From Nostoc sp. UHCC 0702 (GTDB lineage: Bacteria > Cyanobacteriota > Cyanobacteriia > Cyanobacteriales > Nostocaceae), in the NCBI GenBank assembly GCA_017164015.1, contig CP071065.1, forward strand, positions 5,562,091 through 5,594,090: DNA of 32,000 bases, given 5' to 3'. A model generated the notes under the pieces. It saw nothing but the letters and a program-made list of their open reading frames with translations. It did no database searches and was not told where the DNA came from. Shown here piece by piece: positions 1 through 8,580 of this stretch (positions are counted from its first letter, which is position 1; every line of letters begins with the position of its first letter). The position numbers and the translations under genes were made by a program.

Positions 1-723
1 GTTCGACTGGAGGAGGTAGAACATTATGCCCAGATCACAGTCAGCGATACGGGCAAGGGTATCAATCCCGACTTTTTAGCTTACGTATTTGACCATTTCC
101 GTCAGGAGGATGGTAGTACAACCCGAAAATTTGGTGGATTAGGACTAGGGTTGGCAATTGTCCGCCATCTCACAGAATTACACGGTGGCACTGTGACTGC
201 CCAAAGTCCAGGCGTTGGGCAGGGAGCAACTTTTACCCTCAGGATACCAGTAATTAAGACCGCCGAATTAGAGAACGCAGGCAATGCCAATTCTGCAACC
301 AATGAACTTGGCACTTCACCTCTTGCAGGTCTTTCTATCTTGGTTGTAGATGATCATGCAGATACCCGCGATTATATCAGCTTTTTGTTGGCAGAAGCTG
401 GCGCAACTGTGATTTTAGCTGCATCCGCAGATGAAGCACTGCAACTATTAATGCAATCAATGCCAGACATCTTACTCAGTGATATCGGAATGCCCGATAT
501 GGATGGGTATACCTTGATTCGGCAAGTGCGATCGCTACCATCTGAGCAAGGTGGAGACATTTTGGCCATCGCCCTAAGTGCCTATGCGGGAGAAATGAAC
601 CAGCAACAAGCACTAGCAGCAGGCTTTCAACAGCACATCTCTAAACCTGTCGAGCCAGAACATTTGCTGCGGACAATCACTTCCCTTGGCGGTGCGATCG
701 CTGGACTAGTCAAGCACCCTTGA
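1..723 (+). CDS. Hybrid sensor histidine kinase/response regulator, C-terminal fragment (5' end lies upstream of the window)
   Basis: Frame 1 is open from nt 1 to the TGA at 721-723. The translation shows HATPase_c boxes (VSDTGKGINPDF; RKFGGLGLGLAIVRHL; GATFTLRIP) followed by a CheY-like receiver (ILVVDDHADTR, LLSDIGMPDMDG, ISKPV). Confidence 0.85.
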   Translation, partial: VRLEEVEHYAQITVSDTGKGINPDFLAYVFDHFRQEDGSTTRKFGGLGLGLAIVRHLTELHGGTVTAQSPGVGQGATFTLRIPVIKTAELENAGNANSATNELGTSPLAGLSILVVDDHADTRDYISFLLAEAGATVILAASADEALQLLMQSMPDILLSDIGMPDMDGYTLIRQVRSLPSEQGGDILAIALSAYAGEMNQQQALAAGFQQHISKPVEPEHLLRTITSLGGAIAGLVKHP

Positions 724-871
724 AGCCCATTTTTTTAGGGAGCGATCGCACCGCTGTTTATCTGCGTGATTAAACTCGGAGTACGCAATTGACTTCTGTT
801 TAACCGGATAAACTAAAACACCTGAGAGTTTGCATAAGTAAATTTTATTCAATTCTTGTGGGGTGGGCATC

Positions 872-899
872 TTGCCCGCCCGGTATATGCAACTATAAT
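872..899 (+). promoter_or_regulatory. Candidate sigma70-type promoter for the NRPS operon (TTGCCC-N16-TATAAT)
   Basis: TTGCCC at 872-877 and TATAAT at 894-899, about 65 nt upstream of the NRPS ATG at 964. Sequence pattern only. Confidence 0.3.
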
Positions 900-963
900 G
901 TGGAACAGCTTATGATATAAGTTGTGAGAAAGTTAGCTCAAGCGATCTCTGATATAGGTTTTT

Positions 964-3900
964 ATGAGCGAATATATTTTCAATAGTCTCACAGCTGATG
1001 AAGAACTTAAATTTTCTGAAGAAGCAGAGGTTTTCGTTTTTCCCACTTCTTTCGCCCAGCAGCGATTGTGGTTTCTTCACCAGTTAGCACCGGACAACCC
1101 ATTCTACAACGTGTCAACAGCACTTCGCCTGACAGGTTGCCTCAACTTCACAGCCTTAAAGCAGACATTCAACGAAATTGTACGTCGCCACGAAACCTTA
1201 CGCACTACGTTTGTGATGGTACAGCAACCAGTGCAGGCGATTCCGGCAGAAAGCTGCGCTAACGCACCCAGCTTAAGCATACCTCTTCCCCTAATAGATT
1301 TACGCAATTTCCACAGCCCAGAACGCGATACACAAGTGCAACAAATCGCAACCCAAGAGGCTCAACGTCCTTTCAATCTCACCACTGGGCCATTGCTGCG
1401 AGTCAAGCTGCTACAACTAGATGAAGCAGAATATGTGCTGCTGCTAAATCTACATCACATTGTTGCCGATGGCTGGTCAATTGGAGTGCTAATTAGAGAA
1501 TTAGGGATATTATACAAAGCTTTTACAGAAAATCAGCCATATTTGACCACAAACCAGTCCCTATCTACACCCTTGCCAGAGCTACCCATTCAATATGCAG
1601 ATTTCGCCCAATGGCAACGGGAGTGGCTGCAAACAGCAGGAGCAAACGGCATCTCGCCCTTACAAACCCAGTTAGCTTATTGGCAAAAGCAACTAAACGG
1701 AATTTCGCTGCTGCATCTCCCCACCGACCGACTCAGACCAGCAGTTCCTACCTACAAGGGTGCGAAACAATTTCTGGAACTACCACAAGATTTAACTCAG
1801 GCGTTGGAGGCACTTAGCTATAACGAAGGTGTAACCTTGTTCATGACCATACTTGCAGCGTTTCAGACTTTGCTCTATCGTTACACCCAGCAAGAGGATA
1901 TTACAGTAGGTTCACCTATAGCTAATCGCAACCGTAGCGAGCTAGAAGGGTTAATTGGTTTTTTTGTCAATAGTTTGGTGCTACGTACAGATTTTTCCGG
2001 GAACCCGACGTTTCGAGAATTGTTGAATCGAGTGCGAGAGGTAACTTTAGGGGCCTATGCTCATCAGGATTTGCCTTTTGAAAAGCTGGTAGAGGAACTT
2101 CACCCAGAGCGAGATTTGAGCTATCATCCTTTTTTTCAGGTTGTATTGAGCCTGCAAAATACTCCCATCCAAGCGCTAGAGTTACCTGGCTTAACGCTTT
2201 CTTTATTAGAGTTCGACAGCAAAACTGCAAAGCTTGATTTAGAGTTTCATCTGTGGCGGGACTGGGAAAGTTTGAAAGGACAAATGGTGTATAGTACCGA
2301 TTTATTTGATGATCCAACCATTACCCGGATGCTGGGACATTTCCAAACGCTCTTAGAAAGCATTATCACCAATCCAGAACAGCATCTTTCAGATTTGTCT
2401 TTGCTGACTGTGGGAGAACAACAAGAGTTATTAATTGATTGGAATAACACTAAAAGAGACTACCAAAAAAACAAGTGTTTTCATCAGTTATTTGAGGCGC
2501 AGACAGAAGAAACTCCCGACGCGATCGCACTAGTATTTGATGATGAACAACTCAGCTACAAACAGTTAAATATATATAGCAACCAACTAGCACATTATCT
2601 GCAAAAAATAGGTGTAGAAACCGAATCTTTAATAGGCATTTGTGTAGAGCGATCGCCACAGATGATCATCGCATTATTAGCCATCCTCAAAGCAGGTGGA
2701 GCATACCTGCCTTTAGATCCCAGCCTACCCCAAGAGCGTCTTAACTTCATGCTAGAAGATGCACAAGTTTCAGTATTACTAACACAAGAAAAGTTGCTCA
2801 ACCATTTTGAAAACTTCTCCAATCCAATTATTTGCATAGATAAAGATTGGGCAACTATTACACAACACAGCCAAGAAAACCCAACCAACAGCGTCACATC
2901 TGACAATCTAGCTTATGTGATCTACACCTCTGGCTCAACAGGAAAGCCTAAAGGCGTTTTGCTCCAGCATCGAGGATTATCTAACTTAGCAAAAGCTCAA
3001 ATGGAGGTTTTCAACTTACAACCAAGTAACCGCATTTTGCAATTCGCATCATTAAGTTTTGATGCTTCAATTTTTGAGATTGTCATGGCACTGCAAACAG
3101 GAGCAACTCTTTATTTAGCAACCAAAGAATCCCTTTTACCCGGACAACCTTTGCTGCAATTATTGCGCGAAAAAGCTATTACTCATGTTACCCTTCCGCC
3201 AGCAGTGTTAGCAGTTCTACCGACAAAATCACTTCCGGCATTACAAACTATTATTTGTGCAGGTGAACCCTGCACCGATGATATTTTCAAACGTTGGTGT
3301 AACTCTCAACGTCAGTTTTTTAATGCTTACGGGCTGACTGAAGCAACAGTTTGGTCAACCGTTGCAGAAATTAAATCTCTGAGTGAAAAAACATCCATTG
3401 GTCGCCCTATTACTAACACGCAAATTTATATATTAGATCAGTATTTACAACCTTTACCAATTGGAATTGCTGGCGAATTATATATAGGTGGTGAGGGATT
3501 GGCACAAGGCTATATTAACCAAGCAAAATTAACTGCTGAAAAATTTATTACCAATCCTTTTAGTAATAACAAAGGAGCGCGACTTTACAAGACGGGTGAT
3601 TTAGCTCGGTATCGACCAGACGGTAATATTGAATTTTTAGGACGCATCGATAATCAAGTAAAAATTCGTGGTTTCCGTATTGAATTATTAGAAATTGAAA
3701 CAGTGCTGACTCAGCATCAAACTGTGCAAAAAGCAGTAGTAATTGTTAATGTTGATAAGTACTTGGTGGCTTATATTATTCCCTATGGAGAGACGCAAAA
3801 TTTACCGTCTTTACTCAGGAAATTTTTAAAAGAAAAATTACCAGAATACATGATACCAAAAGCTTTTGTAGTGCTGGATTATCTGCCGCTAACAGTTAGT

Positions 3901-5106
3901 GGCAAAGTAGATCGTTTAGCGCTAACAAAACTCCACAGTCCGACTAGCCGCTCAATAGATAAAACATTTATCGCTCCTCGTACTCCAACCGAATTAATGT
4001 TGGCAAAAATTTGGGCTGAAGTCCTGAATGTTGAGCGTGTGGGTATTCACGATAACTTCTTCGACTTGGGAGGAGATTCACTGTTAACTGTACGCCTGAT
4101 GAAGCAGATACACAAACAATTTGAGCGTGAATTACCGCTATCTACCTTATTTTTAAATCCCACAATTGCAAGTTTAGCAACTTCTCTATCAGACACAGAC
4201 TCTCTACCGTGGTCTCCCTTAGTTCCAATTCAACCTGCTGGTTCAAGTCCAGCTTTTTTCTGCGTCCATCCAATTTTTGGTGTTGTCTTTCCTTATTACG
4301 AATTAGCTGCTGCTTTGGGAAAAAATCAGCCATTTTATGGGCTACAACCTATTGGACTTGACGGAAAAACTCCTCTAACTCGTATTGAAGATATGGCTAG
4401 CCATTACATTCAAGCATTGCGTCAAGTGCAGCCCCAAGGCCCTTATTTTTTAGGAGGCTGGTCTTTTGGAGGTTGGGTTGCTTTTGAAATGGCTCAACAA
4501 CTGCAAAAGTCTGGGGAAGAAGTGGCTCTACTGGCCATGCTTGACACTTTAGCACCAATTCCGGGCAATATACCTTCTTTGGGTAATGGTCTCAAATTTA
4601 TGCTGACTACAGTGGGGAGATATATATGGCCCTTTTTCCTCGATTATTCCTATCTAATTATGGCGATCGCTAAGCATCGAATTAACAGTTTAACTTCTCG
4701 GTTGACTAATTTTAATAAAATTGCGCGATCGCTCGAAACAAATTTGTTCTCTCACTTACTCCTGAAAGAGGATGCCAAAGTTAACGTTATACCTGAACAA
4801 TCCAAGTTAAGACTTTTAAGCGAGTTAGCAATTCGTCCCATGCTTCGTGTTTTCTATGCCAATAACCAAGCAGTTATCAACTACGTTCCGCAACCGTATC
4901 CTCAACGAATTAATCTTTTCAGAACAAAGGTGCAGTCAAGCATTACCAAGGAAGATTTAAGTATGGGTTGGGATCAGCTAGCTGTGGGAGGAACGGAAAT
5001 TCATCATATTCCTGGTAATCACTTAACTATGCTGAGAAAACCCCATATCCAAGTTCTCGCCGCACAGCTAAAAGCCTCTATTGAGAAAGCACAAAATTTC
5101 AGATAA
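964..5106 (+). CDS. Non-ribosomal peptide synthetase, terminal module C-A-T-TE
   Basis: 1380-aa ORF. C domain: SFAQQRLWFL, HHIVADGWS. A domain: LAYVIYTSGSTGKPKGV, NAYGLTEAT, GELYIGGEGLAQGY, YKTGDLARYRPDGNIEFLGRIDNQVKIRGFRIEL, GKVDR. PCP: FFDLGGDSLL. Thioesterase: GGWSFGG, GNHLTM. Hand-extracted Stachelhaus code DAFTIAAVWK (aromatic/Phe-like, uncertain). Confidence 0.95.
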   Translation: MSEYIFNSLTADEELKFSEEAEVFVFPTSFAQQRLWFLHQLAPDNPFYNVSTALRLTGCLNFTALKQTFNEIVRRHETLRTTFVMVQQPVQAIPAESCANAPSLSIPLPLIDLRNFHSPERDTQVQQIATQEAQRPFNLTTGPLLRVKLLQLDEAEYVLLLNLHHIVADGWSIGVLIRELGILYKAFTENQPYLTTNQSLSTPLPELPIQYADFAQWQREWLQTAGANGISPLQTQLAYWQKQLNGISLLHLPTDRLRPAVPTYKGAKQFLELPQDLTQALEALSYNEGVTLFMTILAAFQTLLYRYTQQEDITVGSPIANRNRSELEGLIGFFVNSLVLRTDFSGNPTFRELLNRVREVTLGAYAHQDLPFEKLVEELHPERDLSYHPFFQVVLSLQNTPIQALELPGLTLSLLEFDSKTAKLDLEFHLWRDWESLKGQMVYSTDLFDDPTITRMLGHFQTLLESIITNPEQHLSDLSLLTVGEQQELLIDWNNTKRDYQKNKCFHQLFEAQTEETPDAIALVFDDEQLSYKQLNIYSNQLAHYLQKIGVETESLIGICVERSPQMIIALLAILKAGGAYLPLDPSLPQERLNFMLEDAQVSVLLTQEKLLNHFENFSNPIICIDKDWATITQHSQENPTNSVTSDNLAYVIYTSGSTGKPKGVLLQHRGLSNLAKAQMEVFNLQPSNRILQFASLSFDASIFEIVMALQTGATLYLATKESLLPGQPLLQLLREKAITHVTLPPAVLAVLPTKSLPALQTIICAGEPCTDDIFKRWCNSQRQFFNAYGLTEATVWSTVAEIKSLSEKTSIGRPITNTQIYILDQYLQPLPIGIAGELYIGGEGLAQGYINQAKLTAEKFITNPFSNNKGARLYKTGDLARYRPDGNIEFLGRIDNQVKIRGFRIELLEIETVLTQHQTVQKAVVIVNVDKYLVAYIIPYGETQNLPSLLRKFLKEKLPEYMIPKAFVVLDYLPLTVSGKVDRLALTKLHSPTSRSIDKTFIAPRTPTELMLAKIWAEVLNVERVGIHDNFFDLGGDSLLTVRLMKQIHKQFERELPLSTLFLNPTIASLATSLSDTDSLPWSPLVPIQPAGSSPAFFCVHPIFGVVFPYYELAAALGKNQPFYGLQPIGLDGKTPLTRIEDMASHYIQALRQVQPQGPYFLGGWSFGGWVAFEMAQQLQKSGEEVALLAMLDTLAPIPGNIPSLGNGLKFMLTTVGRYIWPFFLDYSYLIMAIAKHRINSLTSRLTNFNKIARSLETNLFSHLLLKEDAKVNVIPEQSKLRLLSELAIRPMLRVFYANNQAVINYVPQPYPQRINLFRTKVQSSITKEDLSMGWDQLAVGGTEIHHIPGNHLTMLRKPHIQVLAAQLKASIEKAQNFR
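4200..5103 (+). other. Thioesterase (TE) release domain of NRPS 964..5106
   Basis: Follows the PCP serine (GGDS, Ser codon 4078-4080). Nucleophile elbow GWSFG has its Ser codon at 4462-4464. Histidine motif PGNHLTM lies near the C-terminus. Domain boundaries are approximate. Confidence 0.8.
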
Positions 5107-5114
5107 GGATCAAT

Positions 5115-8100
5115 ATGTCTTCTGAAGAAGTCTTCGTTTTTCCAGTATCTTTTGCTCAACAACGGTTATGGTTCCTCGACCAATTAATCCCCAACAATAC
5201 TATCTACAATGTGCCGACAGTAATTCGCTTAACAGGTTCGCTTAACTTAACGGCATTAGAACAGACTTTTAACGAAATTGTGCGTCGTCATGAAACCTTA
5301 CGCACCACGTTTATAGTGTTAGATGGACAACCCCTACAGGCAATTACACCGAGTTTAACAGTACCTATTGCTGTATTAGACCTCCAGGAATTACCCGCTG
5401 AACAACAGGAGATTCAAGCAAAGTGCATTGTGACCGCAGACATAGAAAGTCCTTTTGATTTATCCTCCGGGCCATTGCTGCGAGTAATCCTGCTTGTGCT
5501 TTCCCAGACAGAACATATTCTATTACTGAATATGCACCATATTATCTGCGACGATTGGTCTATTGGGGTGCTAATTCGGGAACTGGGAACGCTGTACGCA
5601 GCTTTTACACAAAACCAGCCTTCCTCTCTAGTAGAACTGCCTCTTCAGTACGCCGATTTTGCTCATTGGCAACGTGAATGGCTGCAAAAAGAAGTACTGC
5701 AAACCCAGTTAACTTACTGGCGGGAGCAATTAAACGGTATTTCTATACTGCATCTGCCTACTGACAAACCAAGACCAGCTATACAAAGCTATCAAGGAGG
5801 AACACAATTTTTAGAGTTACCGAAAAAGCTAATTGATGCACTAGAAAAGCTGTCACAGCAAGCAGGTGTCACCTTATTTATGACGCTACTGGCAGCATTT
5901 CAAACGTTACTTTACCGCTACACAAACCAAGAAGATATCGCCATAGGTTCGCCTATTGCTAACCGTAACCATAGCGAAATTGAAGGAATAATTGGTTTTT
6001 TTGCCAATAGTTTAGTACTACGCAGTAACTTATCTGGAAACCCCACTTTTCGGGAACTACTAGGCAGAGTACGGGAGGTAACATTAGGAGCATATAGCCA
6101 CCAAGATTTGCCGTTTGAAAAGTTAGTAGAACAACTGCAACCAGAGCGAAACTTGAGCCACCATACCCTATTTCAAGTGGTGTTTGGTTTTCAAAATGCG
6201 CCGATGTCAGCCTTAGAACTGCCTGGATTAGTACCTAGCTTGATGAATATTGACTTGAAAAAAACGCGTTTTGATTTGGAACTGCATCTGTGGAAGTGTT
6301 CTGAGGATTTTAGGAGTTTATGGGGTCGAAACTGGCAGTATTCTGAAGGTCTCCGGGGCATAATAGTTTACAATACAGATTTGTTTGAACAAGCCACTAT
6401 TAGCCGGATGGTGGAACATTTTAAAACTCTGTTGTCTGGTATTGTTGCAAATCCAGAACAAAAAATTGCCAATTTACCATTATTAAGTGAAGTGGAGCGA
6501 CATCAGGTATTAGTGGAATGGAATAACACCCAAGCAGATTATCCTCAAAATAAGTGTATCCATCAATTGTTTGAAGAAAAAGTACAACAATATCCTGATG
6601 CTATAGCAGTAGACTTTAATAATCATCAACTCACTTATCAAGAGTTGAATACTTGCAGCAATAAGCTAGCACAATACTTACAAAAAAACGGAGTCTGTTC
6701 AGAAATTTCAGTTGGTATTTGTATTTCGCAGTCTATAGAAATGATCATCGGTTTATTGGCTATTATCAAAGCAGGGGGAGTGTATGTTCCATTAGACTTT
6801 AGTTATCCTCAAGAACGCCTAAGTTTTATACTTGAAGATGCACAAATTGCAGTATTGCTGACACAAGAAAACTTGCTCAAGCATTTTGCAGGTTTCTCAA
6901 AACCAATTATTTGTATAGATAAAGATTGGGAAATTATTAGCCAAGAAAAGGAAGGCAATCCCCAAAGCAATTTAAATAGTGATAATTTAGCCTATATTAT
7001 TTATACCTCTGGTTCTACAGGAAAACCCAAGGGAGTGGCTGTACCTCACAAAGCTGTAAATCGGTTAGTGTGTAATACTAACTATATAAAATTGTCACCA
7101 TCTGACAAAATTGCCCAAGCCTCCAACGCTTCTTTTGATGCAGCGACATTTGAGATTTGGGGAGCGCTACTGAACGGCGCTCAACTTGTGGGAATTAGTA
7201 AAGATGTAACCCTTTCGCCTCACAAATTAGCATTACAACTACGAGAAAAAGGTATCAACGTTCTGTTTTTGACCACTGCTTTATTCCAACAGGTTGTGAG
7301 AGATGTTCCGCAAGCTTTTGCTACCTTGAAATATTTTTTATTTGGTGGCGAAACTGTTGATATTAAATCGATTAAGAAGATTTTTAAGCATGGTGCTAGC
7401 AACCATTTAATTCATGTTTATGGCCCTACAGAGAATACAACATTTTCCTCTTATCATTACGTACAAGAGTTACCAGAATCAGCCACATCTGTTCCTATTG
7501 GTCGTCCTATTAAAAACACGCAGCTTTATATATTAGATACCCATTTACAACCTGTGCCTATTGGTGTGATTGGCGAAATATATATTGGTGGAGAAGGGCT
7601 AGCACGAGAATATCTCAATTGTACTGAATTAACTGCTAAACACTTTATTCCTCATCCTTTTAATAATAATCCCAAAACACGTCTTTATAAAACGGGTGAC
7701 TTAGCTCGGTATCGACCAGATGGTAATATTGAATTTTTCGGTCGCATTGACAATCAAGTAAAAATTCGCGGCTTCCGCATTGAGTTGTCGGAAATTGAAG
7801 CGGTGCTGAGTCAACATCCCGTAGTGAAAGAAACAGTCGTCATTGCTGCTGAGGATGTACCTCATGATAAATACTTGGTGGCTTATATTATTCACAATCA
7901 GGATCAGATATTGACGCGAGAAGCGCAAAGCTTTGCGTCCTTACTTCGGCAATTCCTCAAAGAAAAGTTACCAGAATACATGGTGCCAAGAGCCTATGTG
8001 CTGTTGGAATCTCTACCTCTAACGCCTAATGGCAAAGTGGATCGTCGTGCTTTGCCCATGCCTGATACAATTACTTTCAGTAACCAAGATTATGTGGCAC

Positions 8101-8390
8101 CGCGATCGCAACTCGAAGAGTTACTTGCAGAAATTTGGGCTAAAGTCTTGGGAAAACAGCAAGTAGGCGTCCACGATAATTTCTTTGAATTGGGCGGTCA
8201 TTCTCTACTGGCGACTCAGCTAACTTCCCGCATACGTGACACCTTCCAAATAGATTTGCCTGTAGGCAATTTGTTTGAAGCGCCAACTGTTGAACAACTT
8301 GCTGAGTATATTGACACAATGTCTTGGGTAGCAAAAGGTGTGGATAAGCCTGAAAGTAGGGGAACTCAGCGAGAAGAAGTGGAATTTTGA
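5115..8390 (+). CDS. Non-ribosomal peptide synthetase, module C-A-T (predicted Ile/Val activating)
   Basis: 1091-aa ORF starting 8 nt after the previous stop (TAAGGATCAATATG, AAGGA Shine-Dalgarno). C domain has a variant active site HHIICDDWS. A-domain motifs: LAYIIYTSGSTGKPKGV, VYGPTENT, GEIYIGGEGLAREY, YKTGDLARYRPDGNIEFFGRIDNQVKIRGFRIEL. PCP: FFELGGHSLL. Acidic C-terminal tail ends REEVEF. Stachelhaus code DAFFLGVTFK, recalled as an Ile/Val code. Confidence 0.95.
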   Translation: MSSEEVFVFPVSFAQQRLWFLDQLIPNNTIYNVPTVIRLTGSLNLTALEQTFNEIVRRHETLRTTFIVLDGQPLQAITPSLTVPIAVLDLQELPAEQQEIQAKCIVTADIESPFDLSSGPLLRVILLVLSQTEHILLLNMHHIICDDWSIGVLIRELGTLYAAFTQNQPSSLVELPLQYADFAHWQREWLQKEVLQTQLTYWREQLNGISILHLPTDKPRPAIQSYQGGTQFLELPKKLIDALEKLSQQAGVTLFMTLLAAFQTLLYRYTNQEDIAIGSPIANRNHSEIEGIIGFFANSLVLRSNLSGNPTFRELLGRVREVTLGAYSHQDLPFEKLVEQLQPERNLSHHTLFQVVFGFQNAPMSALELPGLVPSLMNIDLKKTRFDLELHLWKCSEDFRSLWGRNWQYSEGLRGIIVYNTDLFEQATISRMVEHFKTLLSGIVANPEQKIANLPLLSEVERHQVLVEWNNTQADYPQNKCIHQLFEEKVQQYPDAIAVDFNNHQLTYQELNTCSNKLAQYLQKNGVCSEISVGICISQSIEMIIGLLAIIKAGGVYVPLDFSYPQERLSFILEDAQIAVLLTQENLLKHFAGFSKPIICIDKDWEIISQEKEGNPQSNLNSDNLAYIIYTSGSTGKPKGVAVPHKAVNRLVCNTNYIKLSPSDKIAQASNASFDAATFEIWGALLNGAQLVGISKDVTLSPHKLALQLREKGINVLFLTTALFQQVVRDVPQAFATLKYFLFGGETVDIKSIKKIFKHGASNHLIHVYGPTENTTFSSYHYVQELPESATSVPIGRPIKNTQLYILDTHLQPVPIGVIGEIYIGGEGLAREYLNCTELTAKHFIPHPFNNNPKTRLYKTGDLARYRPDGNIEFFGRIDNQVKIRGFRIELSEIEAVLSQHPVVKETVVIAAEDVPHDKYLVAYIIHNQDQILTREAQSFASLLRQFLKEKLPEYMVPRAYVLLESLPLTPNGKVDRRALPMPDTITFSNQDYVAPRSQLEELLAEIWAKVLGKQQVGVHDNFFELGGHSLLATQLTSRIRDTFQIDLPVGNLFEAPTVEQLAEYIDTMSWVAKGVDKPESRGTQREEVEF

Positions 8391-8580
8391 ACTGGGGGCT
8401 GGGAGGACTATAGTTATAACCATCCAACTTTCACTCCCAAGAATGATTTATACAGTTTTGTAAGTGTGATATAAATGCCACGTTAGTTAATAAACAGTGT
8501 AGAGTGGCAAAAACAACTATAAAGTTAATAAGCTTATTAAATAAGCATTATTCCTTCTACCTTCTAATAAGTAACAACAG

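Noticed and set aside
847-869. Stem-loop GGGGTGGGCA-TCT-TGCCCGCCC, considered as a terminator for the histidine kinase gene
   Set aside because: No T-run follows it, it lies 125 nt after the stop, and it overlaps the putative NRPS promoter. It is more likely a copy of the GGTGGGCA…TGCCCACC palindromic repeat family seen at 13438-13497.
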